Below, piece by piece: positions 25,233 through 38,942 of a stretch of 64,000 nucleotides of DNA. The notes beneath the pieces are model-generated. The model had not been told where the DNA came from, made no database searches, and saw nothing but the letters and a program-made list of their open reading frames with translations. The stretch's first letter is position 1; each line of letters opens with the position of its first letter. This DNA is from Eledone cirrhosa. Lineage: Eukaryota. Made by a program: the position numbers and the translations under genes. The DNA lies in NCBI GenBank assembly GCA_964016885.1, contig OZ024747.1, forward strand, positions 83,328,001 to 83,392,000, given 5' to 3'.

Positions 25233-25485
25233 ATATCATCACCACATACATAAATCATCTACACTGCAGCTTATGCCAATGTTTGACTAGGTCCAACTGA
25301 TCTATTCCATCCCAAGTTCTTAGTCACTTTACCAACAGTAACATATGTATGTGATGTAGTTTTTTTGGTCAATCGCTTAGTCAAGAAAAAAAAACAAGTC
25401 ATGACCCTTTATTTTTTCAAGGTTTTAATTGATCATATTGACACCTGTACTTATTTTTATCAATTTCTAATTAGCAGAGGCCTCT

Positions 25486-25522
<37 letters not shown>

Positions 25523-25524
<2 letters not shown>

Positions 25525-25730
25525 CGTGTGGCTGATTGGTTAGAGAACTGGATTCACAATCGTGAGGTTGTCAGTTCGATTCCTGTACCGGGCGATGCAT
25601 CATGTCTGAGCAAGACACTTTATTTCCCGTTGCTCCTATCTAGAGTTGCGACCGATAGCATTAGCAATTGGAAAGACCAACGGAAATATTGTTCCCTCGG
25701 TCCGATTTGATGAAAGTCGATCGACAAATT
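25523..25730 (+). mobile_element. tRNA-derived CORE-like SINE directly after (TA)n
   Basis: A box TGGCTGATTGG and B box GTTCGATTCC, then TGAGCAAGACACTTTATTTCCCGTTGCTCC. Confidence 0.7.
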
Positions 25731-26359
25731 TATATATATATATTACACACACGCACACATATATACATATATGTATACACATATACATACATATTTAATA
25801 CACACACACACAGCCAAGGTAAAAGTAAATATACAAAGTATGAAGTATATATGATAGTATATAATTGCCACATCTTTTCAGAATTAACTCAATGTGTTTA
25901 TATATTATATTTGTTTGAAGAGAAAGTAGATTTTTTTAGAGAGAAACAGTTGGAAATGCAGAGCAAATATAATCAAATATATAGATGGAAAAATTAGCTT
26001 TTAAATCATATTAAATATGATTTAAAAGCTAATTCCTTACACATGTTTCATGAAATTATTTACATAATGTTAGGTGAAAATTCATATAATCACGATCTAT
26101 ACATACACAATGATATATAGATACATTGTACTTCATCTTTGGAGGGTTAAAAAAAACCCTATTAAATTGCAGCAGAATGTGTCTGAAATTCAAGTTGTAC
26201 CTTAGACAGGATGCGGGTCCTTACAAGAAGATCCATTGGCATGGCACGGCGAGTGCGTAAAATCTGAAAAGTAATGGGGTTTTTTTTCTACATTGCCCTC
26301 AACGCTATTTTTTTATATCTTTTTTTTACATACTTGATTATACACACATACATGTATCG

Positions 26360-26540
26360 ACATCACTGTTTAACTTCCATTTTAACACGCTAGCATGGGT
26401 TAGACAAGCTGTCCTGCTGTGAGATAAGCCAGACCAGATGACTGTGACTTGCTTGTACAGAACTGATTTTAGCTTGGTTTCTATGGCTGGATGTCCTTCC
26501 TAACACCAACCACATTTACAGTAAATGCAGGGAGCTTTTT
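26360..26540 (-). mobile_element. RTE-type 3' end (SINE or short LINE) abutting the minisatellite
   Basis: Shared GCTAGCATGGGTTAGAC...GCTGGATG.CCTTCCTAACACCAACC motif. Confidence 0.7.
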
Positions 26541-27410
26541 GTCATGACACCTACACGACCACATTACAGTGTGGACAGTGTTTTTATCGTGACACCTACA
26601 CGACCACATTACAGTGTGGACAGTGTTTTTATCGTGACACCTACACGACCACATTACAGTGTGGACAGTGTTTTTGTTGTGACACCTACACGACCACATT
26701 ACAGTGTGGACAGTGTTTTTATCGTGACACCTACACGACCACATTACAGTGTGGACAGTGTTTTTGTTGTGACACCTACACGACCACATTACAGTGTGGA
26801 CAGTGTTTTTATCGTGACACCTACACGACCACATTACAGTGTGGACAGTGTTTTTGTTGTGACACCTACACGACCACATTACAGTGTGGACAGTGTTTTT
26901 ATCGTGACACCTACACGACCACATTACAGTGTGGACAGTGTTTTTGTTGTGACACCTACACGACCACATTACAGTGTGGACAGTGTTTTTATCGTGACAC
27001 CTACACGACCACATTACAGTGTGGACAGTGTTTTTGTTGTGACACCTACACGACCACATTACAGTGTGGACAGTGTTTTTGTTGTGACACCTACACGACC
27101 ACATTACAGTGTGGACAGTGTTTTTATCGTGACACCTACACGACCACATTACAGTGTGGACAGTGTTTTTGTCGTGACACCTACACGACCACATTACAGT
27201 GTGGACAGTGTTTTTATCGTGACACCTACACGACCACATTACAGTGTGGACAGTGTTTTTGTCGTGACACCTACACGACCACATTACAGTGTGGACAGTG
27301 TTTTTATCGTGACACCTACACGACCACATTACAGTGTGGACAGTGTTTTTGTTGTGACACCTACACGACCACATTACAGTATGGACAGTGGTTTGTCGTG
27401 ACACCTACAT
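26541..27410. repeat. 45-bp minisatellite, ~19 copies
   Basis: Unit GTGACACCTACACGACCACATTACAGTGTGGACAGTGTTTTT(ATC/GTT/GTC). Confidence 0.98.
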
Positions 27411-27601
27411 GACATACACACTTCACATACACTCAAGTGTGTATGTGATGAGCTTCTTCACAACCATTTTACAGAGTGTACTGAATGCTTTTTATAGTGG
27501 CACCAACACTAGAGAGGTTGCCTTGTTCCAAGGAGAAAGATTCATCGACACTGATATATGAAGCTATTCTACCTACCTACAACAGTGGGGATGAATAGAC
27601 A

Positions 27602-27698
27602 TTAACCTTTTTAATACCAACCTATCCAAAACCCAAATCCTTTATGCATTAATGTAATACAATGTATTGTATTAGAAATTTGATAACAAAAGGGTTAA
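27602..27698 (+). mobile_element. Minimal (~95 bp) MITE A derivative
   Basis: TTAACCTTTTT...AAAAGGGTTAA with the middle deleted. Confidence 0.6.
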
Positions 27699-28786
27699 AA
27701 CAATGAGAACCAAATCACATATTCAAATAAAGATGAGTCTATCTATGAATGTTCTATAAAATCCTATTTCTATAATGACCATTTTTAATAACTATACTAA
27801 AGAAAATTTAATATGGATTCAAACATACAACACAAAAATATTTTTCTTCTATAGTTATTGTTGCCTACTGAAAATAACTGACATTAGCAAGTATTTTAGG
27901 TTTGTTAATCCAAAAATAAACTAAGAACAGATTCATTTACCCAAACAAGTTGATGTTGCAGACAATGTCAGATTGAATATGGATATAAAACCATGCATGG
28001 GTATCAAAGCTTTTGTACACAAACAAAGAAAGGGTGATGATAAGAAGGGATAAGAAAAATGCAATCATCAATACTAATCACCACCAGTATAATCCTTTTA
28101 CATTCGTTCTTTTTTTTTTTTTTTTTTCGTGTTGGCACGCATTGAATGGGATTTTATAAACCAAGTCAGTACTTAACTCTTATCCTGGAATGATTTAGCA
28201 GAGAATGTCTAAAAATTTGGTTAATTCAAATGTTCAGAATATCTTTAATACTGGACAGATTGTTGTAGAAATTTGCAGGCACAGTCATTGCTAATCTGGC
28301 TTCATGTAGTACAAGATGTTAAGAGGTAATTGCAGTTAGTGTAATCTGAGATGGACCTGGGGCCATTTCTCACAAGTTACAGAGGGCAGTGCATTCTACA
28401 AGAGGTGGCAGATGAAAATATGAAGAAGAAAAAATGTTGCTAAGTATGTATGGACCTACAACTCCTGATGGAGTCATGCCTTGGGCACTTTAAACCTAAT
28501 GAAGCTCATCCCTATGCCAGGTATGAACACAGCTGATTTCTTCCAAAGGAGAGATAAAAAGGGCAAGCGAGAAAAAGATAGAAAAAGAATTGACCCCAGT
28601 ACAGAACTAGTGCTTTTTTATATCGACCTTGACAGAATATAAGGCTAAGTGATTTTGGTAAAATTTGAACTCAGTGAGCAGAGAGCCCAAATGAATACTT
28701 CAAAGGATACTATCTAATGGCTGCCAATTCACTGCATGTTGCCAAAGTATACAAAAGTGCAAATGTTGAAAGGGATTATGACTTAC

Positions 28787-29029
28787 GGTAGAAAAGGATC
28801 CTTCCCCAATAACTTTTCCAAAGATGAAATCATTGGGAGTCTTCTTGCCAGACGGCCTCTTGGCAAGGGTGGTGGTAGGTTCTGCAGAGTGGTCCTTGGA
28901 CATTCGAGTTGGCCCAGCAGAGACGTGTGGAATTGGTGCTTGAGCTGCAATCGGTGGATACACTTTGGGTTTTGGTTTAGAACAAACACTGTTGGTTGTT
29001 TGTGATCTCTGTGACACCAGACTCACTGA
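28787..29029 (-). CDS. PDPK1: PDPK1 exon: N-terminal region and Gly-rich loop (...KKTPNDFIFGKVIGEGSFST)
   Basis: Poly-T tract plus CCTGTAG acceptor, GTAAGT donor, 243 nt, phase 0-0. Confidence 0.93.
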
Positions 29030-29999
29030 CTACAGGAAAAAAAAAAAAATAAATAAATAAAATACAAAAATTAAAATACAACTTCATTCAAATTTTAATA
29101 AAATTGCAAACCTAACCAAAACTGGCTATGATTCCATGAAACAAAACCACCCATTTACAAAGTTCCAATTTAAATTGAAACTTTCCTACATAATTTTATT
29201 TGTGCTATGTTAACATTAAAAATATGGTCATGAGAAGGTTAAACTTTCACCATTCTAAGATCATGTTTACATGTTTGAAGAAGTCAGGAGTGTTCAGTTG
29301 TAAACCTTTTCAATATATATCTTTTGAAAATGAAATGTCAACAAAATCATTGACTTATGTATGCAAAAGAGAAGACTTAACTGGTAATTGGAATGTGTGG
29401 AAAGATGATATTTGCAGGGTGTAGAAAAAAAATGCTATAACCCTTTTTATACTAAACCACATGAAATTGCCCCTGGTTCTAAAATGCAAAACTATTTTAA
29501 AGTGTTCATATTTCTCTCCATATTCTTAGAGACCTGCCATTTCCTTTCTGAATCAAGAATTTGTCATGTTCTGATTATTGGCAATTCCCAAGATACATGT
29601 TTAACCTTTTTGATATCAAACAATCTGGAACCACCCTGGATTTATGATACAAAACTGCTCATATTGAAACGTTTATACTTACATTAAATTTGTCCATCAT
29701 AATTTTATTTTAAAAATGTTTGTAAGGTAATGTTCTAAATATCAGCTTACTAATGAAAAACTTAGTTATTTTTTAATTAAATTTCTCCATTTTTTTTGGT
29801 TATTTTCAGTATTAATTGGAACATACATAGGCAATGTATTTTATTAGAAATACGGTAATGAAACAGTTAAAGTTTTAATTGTCTTCCAGTTGTGTCATAA
29901 GAGGTATATCTAGCTGTAAAATATTGCTTTAAAAAAGACACTGAAGCCTATTTCATGGAGCCCATAAAACTAACACCTGCTTTAGCAGGAAAAAGGACC

Positions 30000-30252
30000 T
30001 TAAATCTTTCATTACCATATTTATATTGAAATACTGCCAATGATTTTCAAATAATTTTTTTTTAAATAATCAAGAATTTGGAGGGATTTAGTAAGATAAT
30101 TAATTTTCTTATTAAGCTGATGTTTGGAAAATAAAGGTTTTTACATAAAATCATGATGGAAGAATTTTAGATAAATATAACCACTTTAAAACAAATATTT
30201 TGTGTCATAAAACCTCAAGTGGTTTCAAGCAGTTTCATATCAAAAGTGTTAA
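30000..30252 (-). mobile_element. MITE family A copy, reverse orientation
   Basis: TTAA ends; reverse complement of the family motifs. Confidence 0.7.
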
Positions 30253-31176
30253 AACACTTGTAGCATATTCAATGGAATCTAGATAAACAGTCAAATTATA
30301 CAATAATAATACAATCAGGCTAAAATTAAGTGAACTAACTCAATTGTATTTTGCAAATAACTGAGAAGGACTTTTGACTTAGTTTCATAAACAATGTAAT
30401 TTAAAGCATCTCTGAAATTAATACATTTTATAATATTTATATAAATATATATAGCTTTTGCATATTAACATACCAGCCAGAAATTTTAAGATTTTTGAAG
30501 AATGGGAGATGAAAAGCGAAACTAACTTTACTGGAATTTGAACTAAGCATTTAGATTGGTGCTTGACACATTTAAAAAAACTCATGAAAGACACTGCCTA
30601 TTATTTACAAATAATTTTGAAAATAATCAAGAATTTGATTTATAGAATGTTATTGTTATTAAACCTTTTGATACCAAACCGCATGAATCCTTAAATGGGT
30701 TATATGGCAGGAGTCATGAGTACAGGTTGTGGGTTCGATTCTTGGATTTGGCAATTCACTGTGTAATTGAGCAAGGCACTTTATTTCACATTGTTCCACA
30801 CTACTCAGCTGGAAAAAAATATACTAGCAGCAGTTGGCAGTGAACCACTGCAATAGACAGCCATCCAGTCTTTCCATGTTAGAGCTAGGGCCTCTCATTA
30901 AAACACCTGAGTAACCTATGAGATGCAACCACATAGGAGGGTGGATGAAACTACATATAGTATATAGACATGGTTATACAGCAGAGAGAAAGAGAGAGAG
31001 GGGGGGGTGACCAAGTACAGGAGCATAACTTAAACAGTGCAGGTAAATACCACCCCTAAAATAAAGTGTGAATTGACATCAGGATGAGCATCTAGCTGTA
31101 GAAAAAAACCTGCCGGGAGAAGATCTCCAACCTGGGCAAGCATGGAAAATTAAGTAAAATATGATCTCCCTCTTTC

Positions 31177-31207
<31 letters not shown>

Positions 31208-31606
31208 CTTACAAAGTTAAAGACTATATATGCATGCTTGTCTGTATGTATCTATATATCAATAAATAGGTTTGGTGAAAGAGAGAAGAAACAGGGAGTA
31301 AGGGGAAAGAGGAAAATAAACCTGTGTACTAAACAAAGAACAGGTTGTCATAGCAACATAGTAATACACATTAAATAGTGTGCGTGTGTGTGTGTAGTAA
31401 TAGTGATAGATAGGAGGAAATGTTTAGAAAAGATGAAAAGGTGAAGATGAAAGGTGAAGATGAAAGGAATATATGAATAGACAAATAGATAGTGGTAATA
31501 TGCTGGAAGTGATATAAGTGATAAAACAAGTAATAGCAAAATAAATAAAAAAATATATATTTGTGTGTCACTAGTAGCTTCAGCCATTTTGAACTATTTC
31601 AATGAG

Positions 31607-31667
<61 letters not shown>

Positions 31668-32567
31668 ATCGACAGATGTGAAGAAGAAATTAAAAATGTC
31701 AATTTTACATTTTACATTATTGGCCTGTTTCTTGCTCTAAATGATTTTTCTCCACTAAGAAATATCATGTACATTTCTGGTTGTTGCTACATGTTGGAAA
31801 TATTGCCTTTATATGTATAAGGCACCAGAATTCCTTTCAGGAATTAATATTACACATCCAATGGAGCATGCACAACTCATTTCTGTTAAGCTTTCAGATA
31901 TCCTCTGAATTTACTATCAATGTTGCATTACCATGAAACATTGCAGTTCACATGCAGGTATTATAATGCCTGCCATTTGCTCATAGAGATAAATTCATTG
32001 TTGCCAACGGGGGTTGTAGCTCTCTGAACCTTTTCAACTTGTTCCTATTCTAACTACTATGTTCCTCAACTATTAATTTAATAATAGGTAACAGAAAATA
32101 TCAACTATTTCTATGATACCGTCACGGGATTGAAAAAAGTTTATCCTTGTGTAACTGCCACTCTACTTTTTCTGTTAACCTGCTTACTATCCCACTACAC
32201 CTCTTGTGTACTGTACATCATATAGAGTTCTTGCCATCATGGTTGTTTAATCTGTTTGGTACGAAATTACACTTAACCTACACCACCTGAAACTGCCCTT
32301 GGTTGTACAATACAAAACTGTTTATGTTATGATTGAAATATCAGCTTAATTAGAAAGTTATATTACTAATTTTTTCCAAATCATTTTCAAAATGACTTAA
32401 AAATCATAGTGTCTTTCATCATGATTAAGCAAAATTTAATGATTTCATTGCTGTATTTCAATTAAATAAAGAATTTTGAGAGATTTACTTAAAGTATTAA
32501 TTATTTCATTTTTAAGATAATAACATATGGTTCTTATACTAAATGATATTGGAAGATCTTCATGTAA

Positions 32568-32755
32568 CCCTTTAGCATTTACATTACTCTATGTTTACTA
32601 CTATATTTTCACGGTGAAGTCTTTTCCTCACATAATATCGAATCTATGAAATTGATATTATTTATTTTGAGAACATACGTATGAGCAGCCAGTTATGGCC
32701 AGTTTGAACAGAAAGAGGTGAGAAAATTGCAGCCGGATACAGTCGGTTTAAATGG
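32568..32755. mobile_element. piggyBac-type MITE family B copy
   Basis: CCCTTTAGCATTTACATTACTC start; homologous to 38234-38439. Confidence 0.7.
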
Positions 32756-34195
32756 GAACCCTTTAAAATGAGTGGTTTTGTTTCATAGACCCATAGGCAT
32801 TTTAGGCATTCTGGTATGATATTGGTTAAAGGAAGTTAAAATATATTTTTCTATAATTTGGAGTTAAAAGAGGTGATGAGTGACAACAAAAGAGGCAGTG
32901 GCAACTTAGAACAGACACACATGCAGTGAACAGCAGCAGGTTGACTGACATGTTCAATACAGTGTGTATGAGAGAGAGAGAGAGAAAGAGAGAGAATAAA
33001 TATTTAAGTTGGGAAATTTTGCCAGCCAAACTTGCCGTTCACATAATACAGATAAATGTAAACAAAATCAACAGTAAAGTATGTTGAATGCTAATGCTAG
33101 AAATCAAATTATTCCTCTTGTTAAGTGAACAAATGTGATGTGCTGATGTAAGAAACAAAAGCCAGCAAATAGATAAGGTAATGGATGGAACATGTACAAA
33201 ATCTTATAACAATGTCACAATCAACCCACCCATCTAAACTATACATATAGTGTCTCAGCTAATTTGGGTCAGTCTGGATTCTGGTAGTTGAGTGTAGGGT
33301 TAAAGTCAATGTGTGTGTGTGTGAGTGTATGAGGTTAGGTTTTTAGGGGATTTGAGTTGGTGGTAGTTCCTAAGGGTTCCACTGGTTATGTGTGCATTCA
33401 ATGCCAATTACATATTGGAGTCATAGTCACTGCAGATTATTATTATAGAGAAACTATATAACAGGATGGCTGCAGCTTGATGATGTCAGTCCTCCCCATA
33501 CCAGTAATTGGTGCAGGTCGGTGGTTGATTTACCAGGAAGTGGGGGACATTGGATGTGTGTGGTTTAGCTCAACCTTGAGCAGTCTGGATCTGGTGATTG
33601 AAGTTGATTGCAAGAGTATAGTTTATGTTTGCTTGGTTGACTTGGTTTAATCTGAATATATTTACAAGTTAAGGCAATTAACAGTTTTAGTTTTCTATGT
33701 AATTATGAAAATAAATACATAATGGATTCATAAACACATCAAATAGGGCAGCAACAGCAAATTGGATGAACTAATTTGCATAGTGTTAGTGCTTACAGCA
33801 GCTGATAGCTCATCCAATTATATATTAAATCATGCATAAGCAGCTGAAGTATATGATAAATCCATATATTGGTGATAGGAAGGTCATCCAGCTGTAGAAA
33901 ATTTATTAAAAAAATAAAAAAAGGTCTAGAAAGCTCTAGTTATGTTATGTTGAAAAGACCCCTTGCACTGTTGCAACTATAAAATGCACTGAGTGCACTC
34001 TAGAGTGTGGTATCATATGTAAGCAATAAGAGATTTAGTAATATAACTCATTTATCAGTATAAAGGTACATAAATTTATGTAAGATTTTTAGATAAATTT
34101 GAGCATTTAAAAATAAAGTGTTGTGTCATAGAATTAGGTGTGGTTTAGGGGGCTTGTTATCAAAAGGGTTAAATGTCTTCATTTAACTTATTCCA

Positions 34196-34375
34196 CTGCA
34201 AAGTGGTCGTGGAGGTGCCACAGCAAAAAAGCACCCAGCACTCAGCACTCACTGTAAATGAGGTTGGTGTTAGGAAGGGCATCCAGCTGTAAAAATCAAG
34301 CCAAAATCAGTTCCCGTCCCACCCTTGCAAGCAGGGAAAAAGCAGACGTAAAAATGAAATGATGAATGATGATAT
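34196..34375 (+). mobile_element. RTE 3' UTR fragment with a variant 3' end, followed by (TA)n
   Basis: Matches 59415-59570 with internal deletions. Confidence 0.75.
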
Positions 34376-34630
34376 ATATATATATATATATAAGTATTTT
34401 TTAATGAGTAAAAAATAAACATTATGCTTCAACATGTTATGGAAATTAAGAAAGCAATAGTAAGATTAAAGAAAATCTGTTTTGTTTTTGCTTTTAATAC
34501 CAGTTCTCAGATAATTGGCAAGTGGCAGTAAGAAAATACAAGGTTGATTAGATTGAACATTCTAGAAACAATTGTTTCAGCAAAAGACAGTGTGAGAGAC
34601 AAAAACATATGCAGATGTATAATTGTTATA

Positions 34631-34835
34631 GCACCTACGTAGGTTTGGCTGGCCTCCTGCAATGTTGCATCTCATAGGAGAGTTCTTGGGTGTTTTTATG
34701 AGAGGGGCCCTTCAGTTGGATATCTACTACTGCTGGTACTCATTCTTTTCTAGCTGAGTGGAATGGAGCATCTTGGTCAATGACAATGCACCAGCCAGTC
34801 CAGGAATCAAAACCAAAACTATATGATTGAGTTCA
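34631..34835 (-). mobile_element. SINE family copy, also at 30700-30945(+) and 54588-54840(-)
   Basis: Shared GTTGCATC(TC)ATAGG...GGTGTTTTTATGA...CTGCTGGTACTCATT. Confidence 0.6.
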
Positions 34836-34959
34836 ACACTGTCCACAAAAAAGCATTCATAATATTGGTTGGTAGATCTGGAAGAAGCAGCAGTCCCTAA
34901 GGACTTCATAGGCACTCCAAGATTGCTATTAATATTCTGTTTAATTTGTTTGCAAGTGA

Positions 34960-35295
34960 CTCCTTTGGGAAAGGCATGAGCAGGGAAGGAGTTCCAGATG
35001 ATTTCTCAAGAAGCTTTCTCAAGATCAACAAACACCAGGTAGAACATTACTTTTAGCTAAGTACTTCTCTTATAACTGTTTCACAAAGAAGAGGGCATTT
35101 GTGGTGCTTTTACCCAGCACAAATTCAAACAGCATCTCATCTAGGTTAATCTGATCCCTAATCAACAGTGCTTTAACTCTTGTTATTTTCATGACCCAGT
35201 CTATCAATGTGAAGCCTTTTTAGTTTCCTCTATCTAGTGCATCTCCTTTACCCTGGTAACAGTTGACAATGATGCTGCTGTACCAGTCATTTGGT
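34960..35295 (-). mobile_element. Degenerate RTE reverse transcriptase fragment
   Basis: Reverse strand retains IIVNCYQGKGDALDRGN and FVDLEKA. Confidence 0.75.
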
Positions 35296-37534
35296 TTATA
35301 TTTACCTAAAAACATTCCATCATAATTTCAAGTACAAACCTTTATGTTATAAACACCAGCTTAATAATGAGAAAGCTAATTATATTATTAATCCCTCAAA
35401 ATTTTGGATTATTTTCAAAACAATTTGAAAATAAGCAGTCTTTTATTAGAAATATGGCAGCAAAAGGGATTTAAAAAGATGTGGAGAGTGAGGAACAACA
35501 CACTGGATGAATAAGATTAAAATATTTATAAAATTTATTCCACAACTGCTAAGTATGATGTATAAAAAATTTGGTTAGTCATTTTCAGAGAATGCATAAA
35601 ATGTGTTTATCAAATATTGCATAGGTGTCGTTATGCTCTAAATAGAAACACATTTGGAACCAGACTTCACAAACAAGGAAATTATTTTAAATACTTTTTA
35701 TTTAAAAAAAGTCTTAATGTTAGATTTTTCCATGTTCTCAATGACTACATATCTTAATGTAATCCCCCAGTCCTGATTCAAGCTTTTTTTAAAATTTTCT
35801 TTTCCATGCTGATGAGAAAATGTGTAAAATAGATTTCCTTCAGCTGTCCCCAATACTTTTAATATATTTGCTGTTATGCCCAATTCTCTGAAGGCTGTCC
35901 TATATCCGTTATTCCAATGCATTCTACCATCTGCTTCGGCTTCTTTCTAAACGGTTATATTTCCTTAATCCTATTTTTCATTCCCATCCTATACCCCTCA
36001 GTTCAACACTTTCTTTAACTCTTCATTATCACATTTCTAATGATTTGTAAATAATTTTGAAACTAATTAAGAATTTTTTGCAGGGATGGGGGAGCTAGTA
36101 ATATAATTAACTTTCTCATTAACTCCCAATATCAGATTCTGACTTTATAGCTGTATTAGCAAGACATTCTTGAAAAGTATAACACAGTATTATGACTGCA
36201 TCACATTAAAAATCAGCCATTCTAATATTGCAACTTTTCATATGTCTACTAGTAAAGATACGATAATCATTTGAATTAAACCTGTTTAAAGATATTTTCT
36301 CTAAATCATTACAGGATGTTAAATGTTAAGCTTGGTGCTTGCAATTAGCTTGCCTGAACCCATTTGCCTGAAAACTATTCTCTGAGATTGCAAACGATAA
36401 AAAAGCCAGCCAGATACTGCATCTAAACTTCATGTCATGATCTAGCAGAGTTTGTTAAATCAAATGTTTTTGTAGTATCTTTACTGGTGTACAGAAAAAG
36501 TTTAACTATTAGAGTAAAGATTTGAATTTTTAATGTGATAGAGCCACAATGCTGTTTTATTCTTTTTAAGAATGTCTTGCTAATGTGATTTGATGATGTA
36601 CAGGATGTTAAGACTTTAGAACAATAAGAACTGAGAAAATATATCTTTGTTCTAAGACATCACAGTCATATATAGCAATATGTCATGTTCAAACTTTTGT
36701 TTGACCTTCTCTCAACATCTGCATATACAAATAGCAAAATAAAATATGGATAGTTTGCGCATTGTTTTGTCAGTTAATAAATTCATGTTTGGCTAATTGA
36801 CAACTCAAAACAGAAAAACAATGTCAAACAATTTAATAAATTTACTCATCAGGAATATATTACAGCTTGTTTTGAAAAGTGTAAACATTATAAGACCTTG
36901 AATATTTATAAAAATTGCAGTCATTACTGCTGTGTTTTGCTAAATTAAAAAAACAAAATGACATATCCTTGAAAAACATTGTGAAGTATAATACAATTGA
37001 TGAATGGTGATTATAGTTAGGAATATCATTGTCATTTTTCCAGCTGCTTTCCAAGGGAAGGACAGATCAGTATGGTCCAAGGCTAGACAGGTCAGTGAAT
37101 AACATGTTCTATGTTCCATATTTGGCAACCTTTCTACAGCTGGATCCCCTTCCTAATACCAACCAGTTTGTAGAGTGTCCTGAATGCATTCTATCATGAA
37201 ATCAGCACTATATAGTTATGAATAATCATTACCTTTCAATTTAATATATGCAATGTGTGTGTGTACCATCCTCATCACCATATTATGCTAATTTTTCATG
37301 ATGGCATGGGTTGGACAAATATAAATAAGAGTATGAACAAGGCATGGTTCTTTGACTTGCCTAGGATAGTAAATCAACATTCATGAAACAAATTTGTTTA
37401 GCCCTGATTAAGTAAAATAAGATCAAAGGAAGGAATACCCACTGTCAGCATCCTGTACTTTATTCAAACTGTAACTAAGGAGAAGCAGTTCTCAACTTGG
37501 GGCCCATAGAACCATGGAGGTCCATAAGCTAAGT

Positions 37535-37719
37535 TTAACCTTTCGTTACCATATTTCTAATAAAATACTTTATATCGTACTGAAGAATTTGGGAAGGATT
37601 TACAAAGATTATAATTTCATTAAGATGGCATTGATAAGAAAATGTTCTTATAAAATTATATTAGGTTTTAATTTAAAAACGAAACCTTTAAAATGGGTCA
37701 TTGGTTTCAAAAGGGTTAA
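37535..37719 (-). mobile_element. MITE family A copy, reverse orientation
   Basis: TTAACCTTTC...AAAAGGGTTAA. Confidence 0.68.
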
Positions 37720-38233
37720 CATTTGAAGTACTTTGTAAAAATCATAATATGCAGATAATGATATTCAGTACCTGTTCTTCAAAGATGTTTCCCTTTCATT
37801 TGTTAAACTTGCTGTTTAACAATCTGAGAGGGGAATAAGTGTAGCATCTATGGGAGAATTCATTTAAATAAAAGGGGATCCTTTGTAATAAAAGAGTTTG
37901 GAACCAGTGTGATTTAAAGGATATTTGGCTGCTATTTCTAGCAAGGTTTGCAACCATTTAGATGATTTATTAGCAGCTTGTAATCTGAAATCAAGTACCA
38001 AGTGAAGGAGGGAATGGCAATCCAGTAAATTCTAGAGATAAGTTCATATTACAAGGGATGGAAGAAGTACAGTAAAGAGAGCACAAATGTGAACCAGGCT
38101 TTCAAATACATTAGGTTTTCAGTTAAGGATGGTACATTACAATAGTGAAAATGGCTTTATTCTGGAAAGATGGCACAGGTAGTTTTTTCTTATGTCATGT
38201 GATTTTAATAACAAAACAATGTGCTTTGCTTAA

Positions 38234-38439
38234 CCCTTTAGCATTTACATTACTCAATATATACTATTATATTTTCATGGTAAAAGCTTTACCTCACATA
38301 ATGATCTCACATAATATCGAATCCATAAGATTGATATTTATTTTGAGAACAATACCTTAACATCAGTATGAGTGGCCAGTTATGGCCAGTTTGAAAAGAA
38401 AGAGTTGAGAGAATTCTGGCCGGTTTAAATACTAGAAGG
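38234..38439. mobile_element. piggyBac-type MITE family B, complete
   Basis: TTAA on both sides. TIRs CCCTTTAGCATTTA / TAAATACTAGAAGG resemble the ends of the element at 528-1630. Confidence 0.8.
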
Positions 38440-38942
38440 TTAAAGACCAAAATCTATTATCATTGCCAACTATAATGCGGGTGTTTTCTGTGTGTGCATC
38501 CAGTTTGGACAAAAGGTGATTGCTAAAATAAATACTGGGGTTGATATGATTGACTAAATCATTTCAAGATGTCCACAGCCTAATGACAAACCAATAAGAA
38601 AGTAAATAAAAAAAAACAAAAAAAAAACAAAAAAAAAACAACGAAATATATATATGGACGAATATCAAAATAACGAACAGCCACTCTAGTTAACACTTAA
38701 TACCAACCCACCTCTGGTTCCATGAAATATGAAAATACTTACTTTAAAAGATTCTTATTTCAAGTAAAATCTTCCAACATAAGAACTCGATGTTAAGCTA
38801 ATATCTCAGTAATGAAATAATTTTAGTAAATCATTAGAAATATGGTCATGAAATGGGTAACATATTTATTACTGGTTGCTTCTGAACAAGTAAATAATTA
38901 CAGGTACTACTCTACAATTTATTCTTGGCAAGCACGTATATA

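Noticed and set aside
25523-25595. tRNA gene
   Set aside because: A and B boxes are present, but there is no clean cloverleaf and it continues into a SINE core.
26541-27410. CRISPR-like array, or Cys-rich repeat proteins (ORFs of 285-307 aa)
   Set aside because: Head-to-tail 45-bp units with no unique spacers and no cas genes. The ORFs are open only because 45 is a multiple of 3.
28455-28520. Hammerhead ribozyme-like CTGATG...GA motif
   Set aside because: The core is not matched exactly, and I found no GAAA-closed stems.
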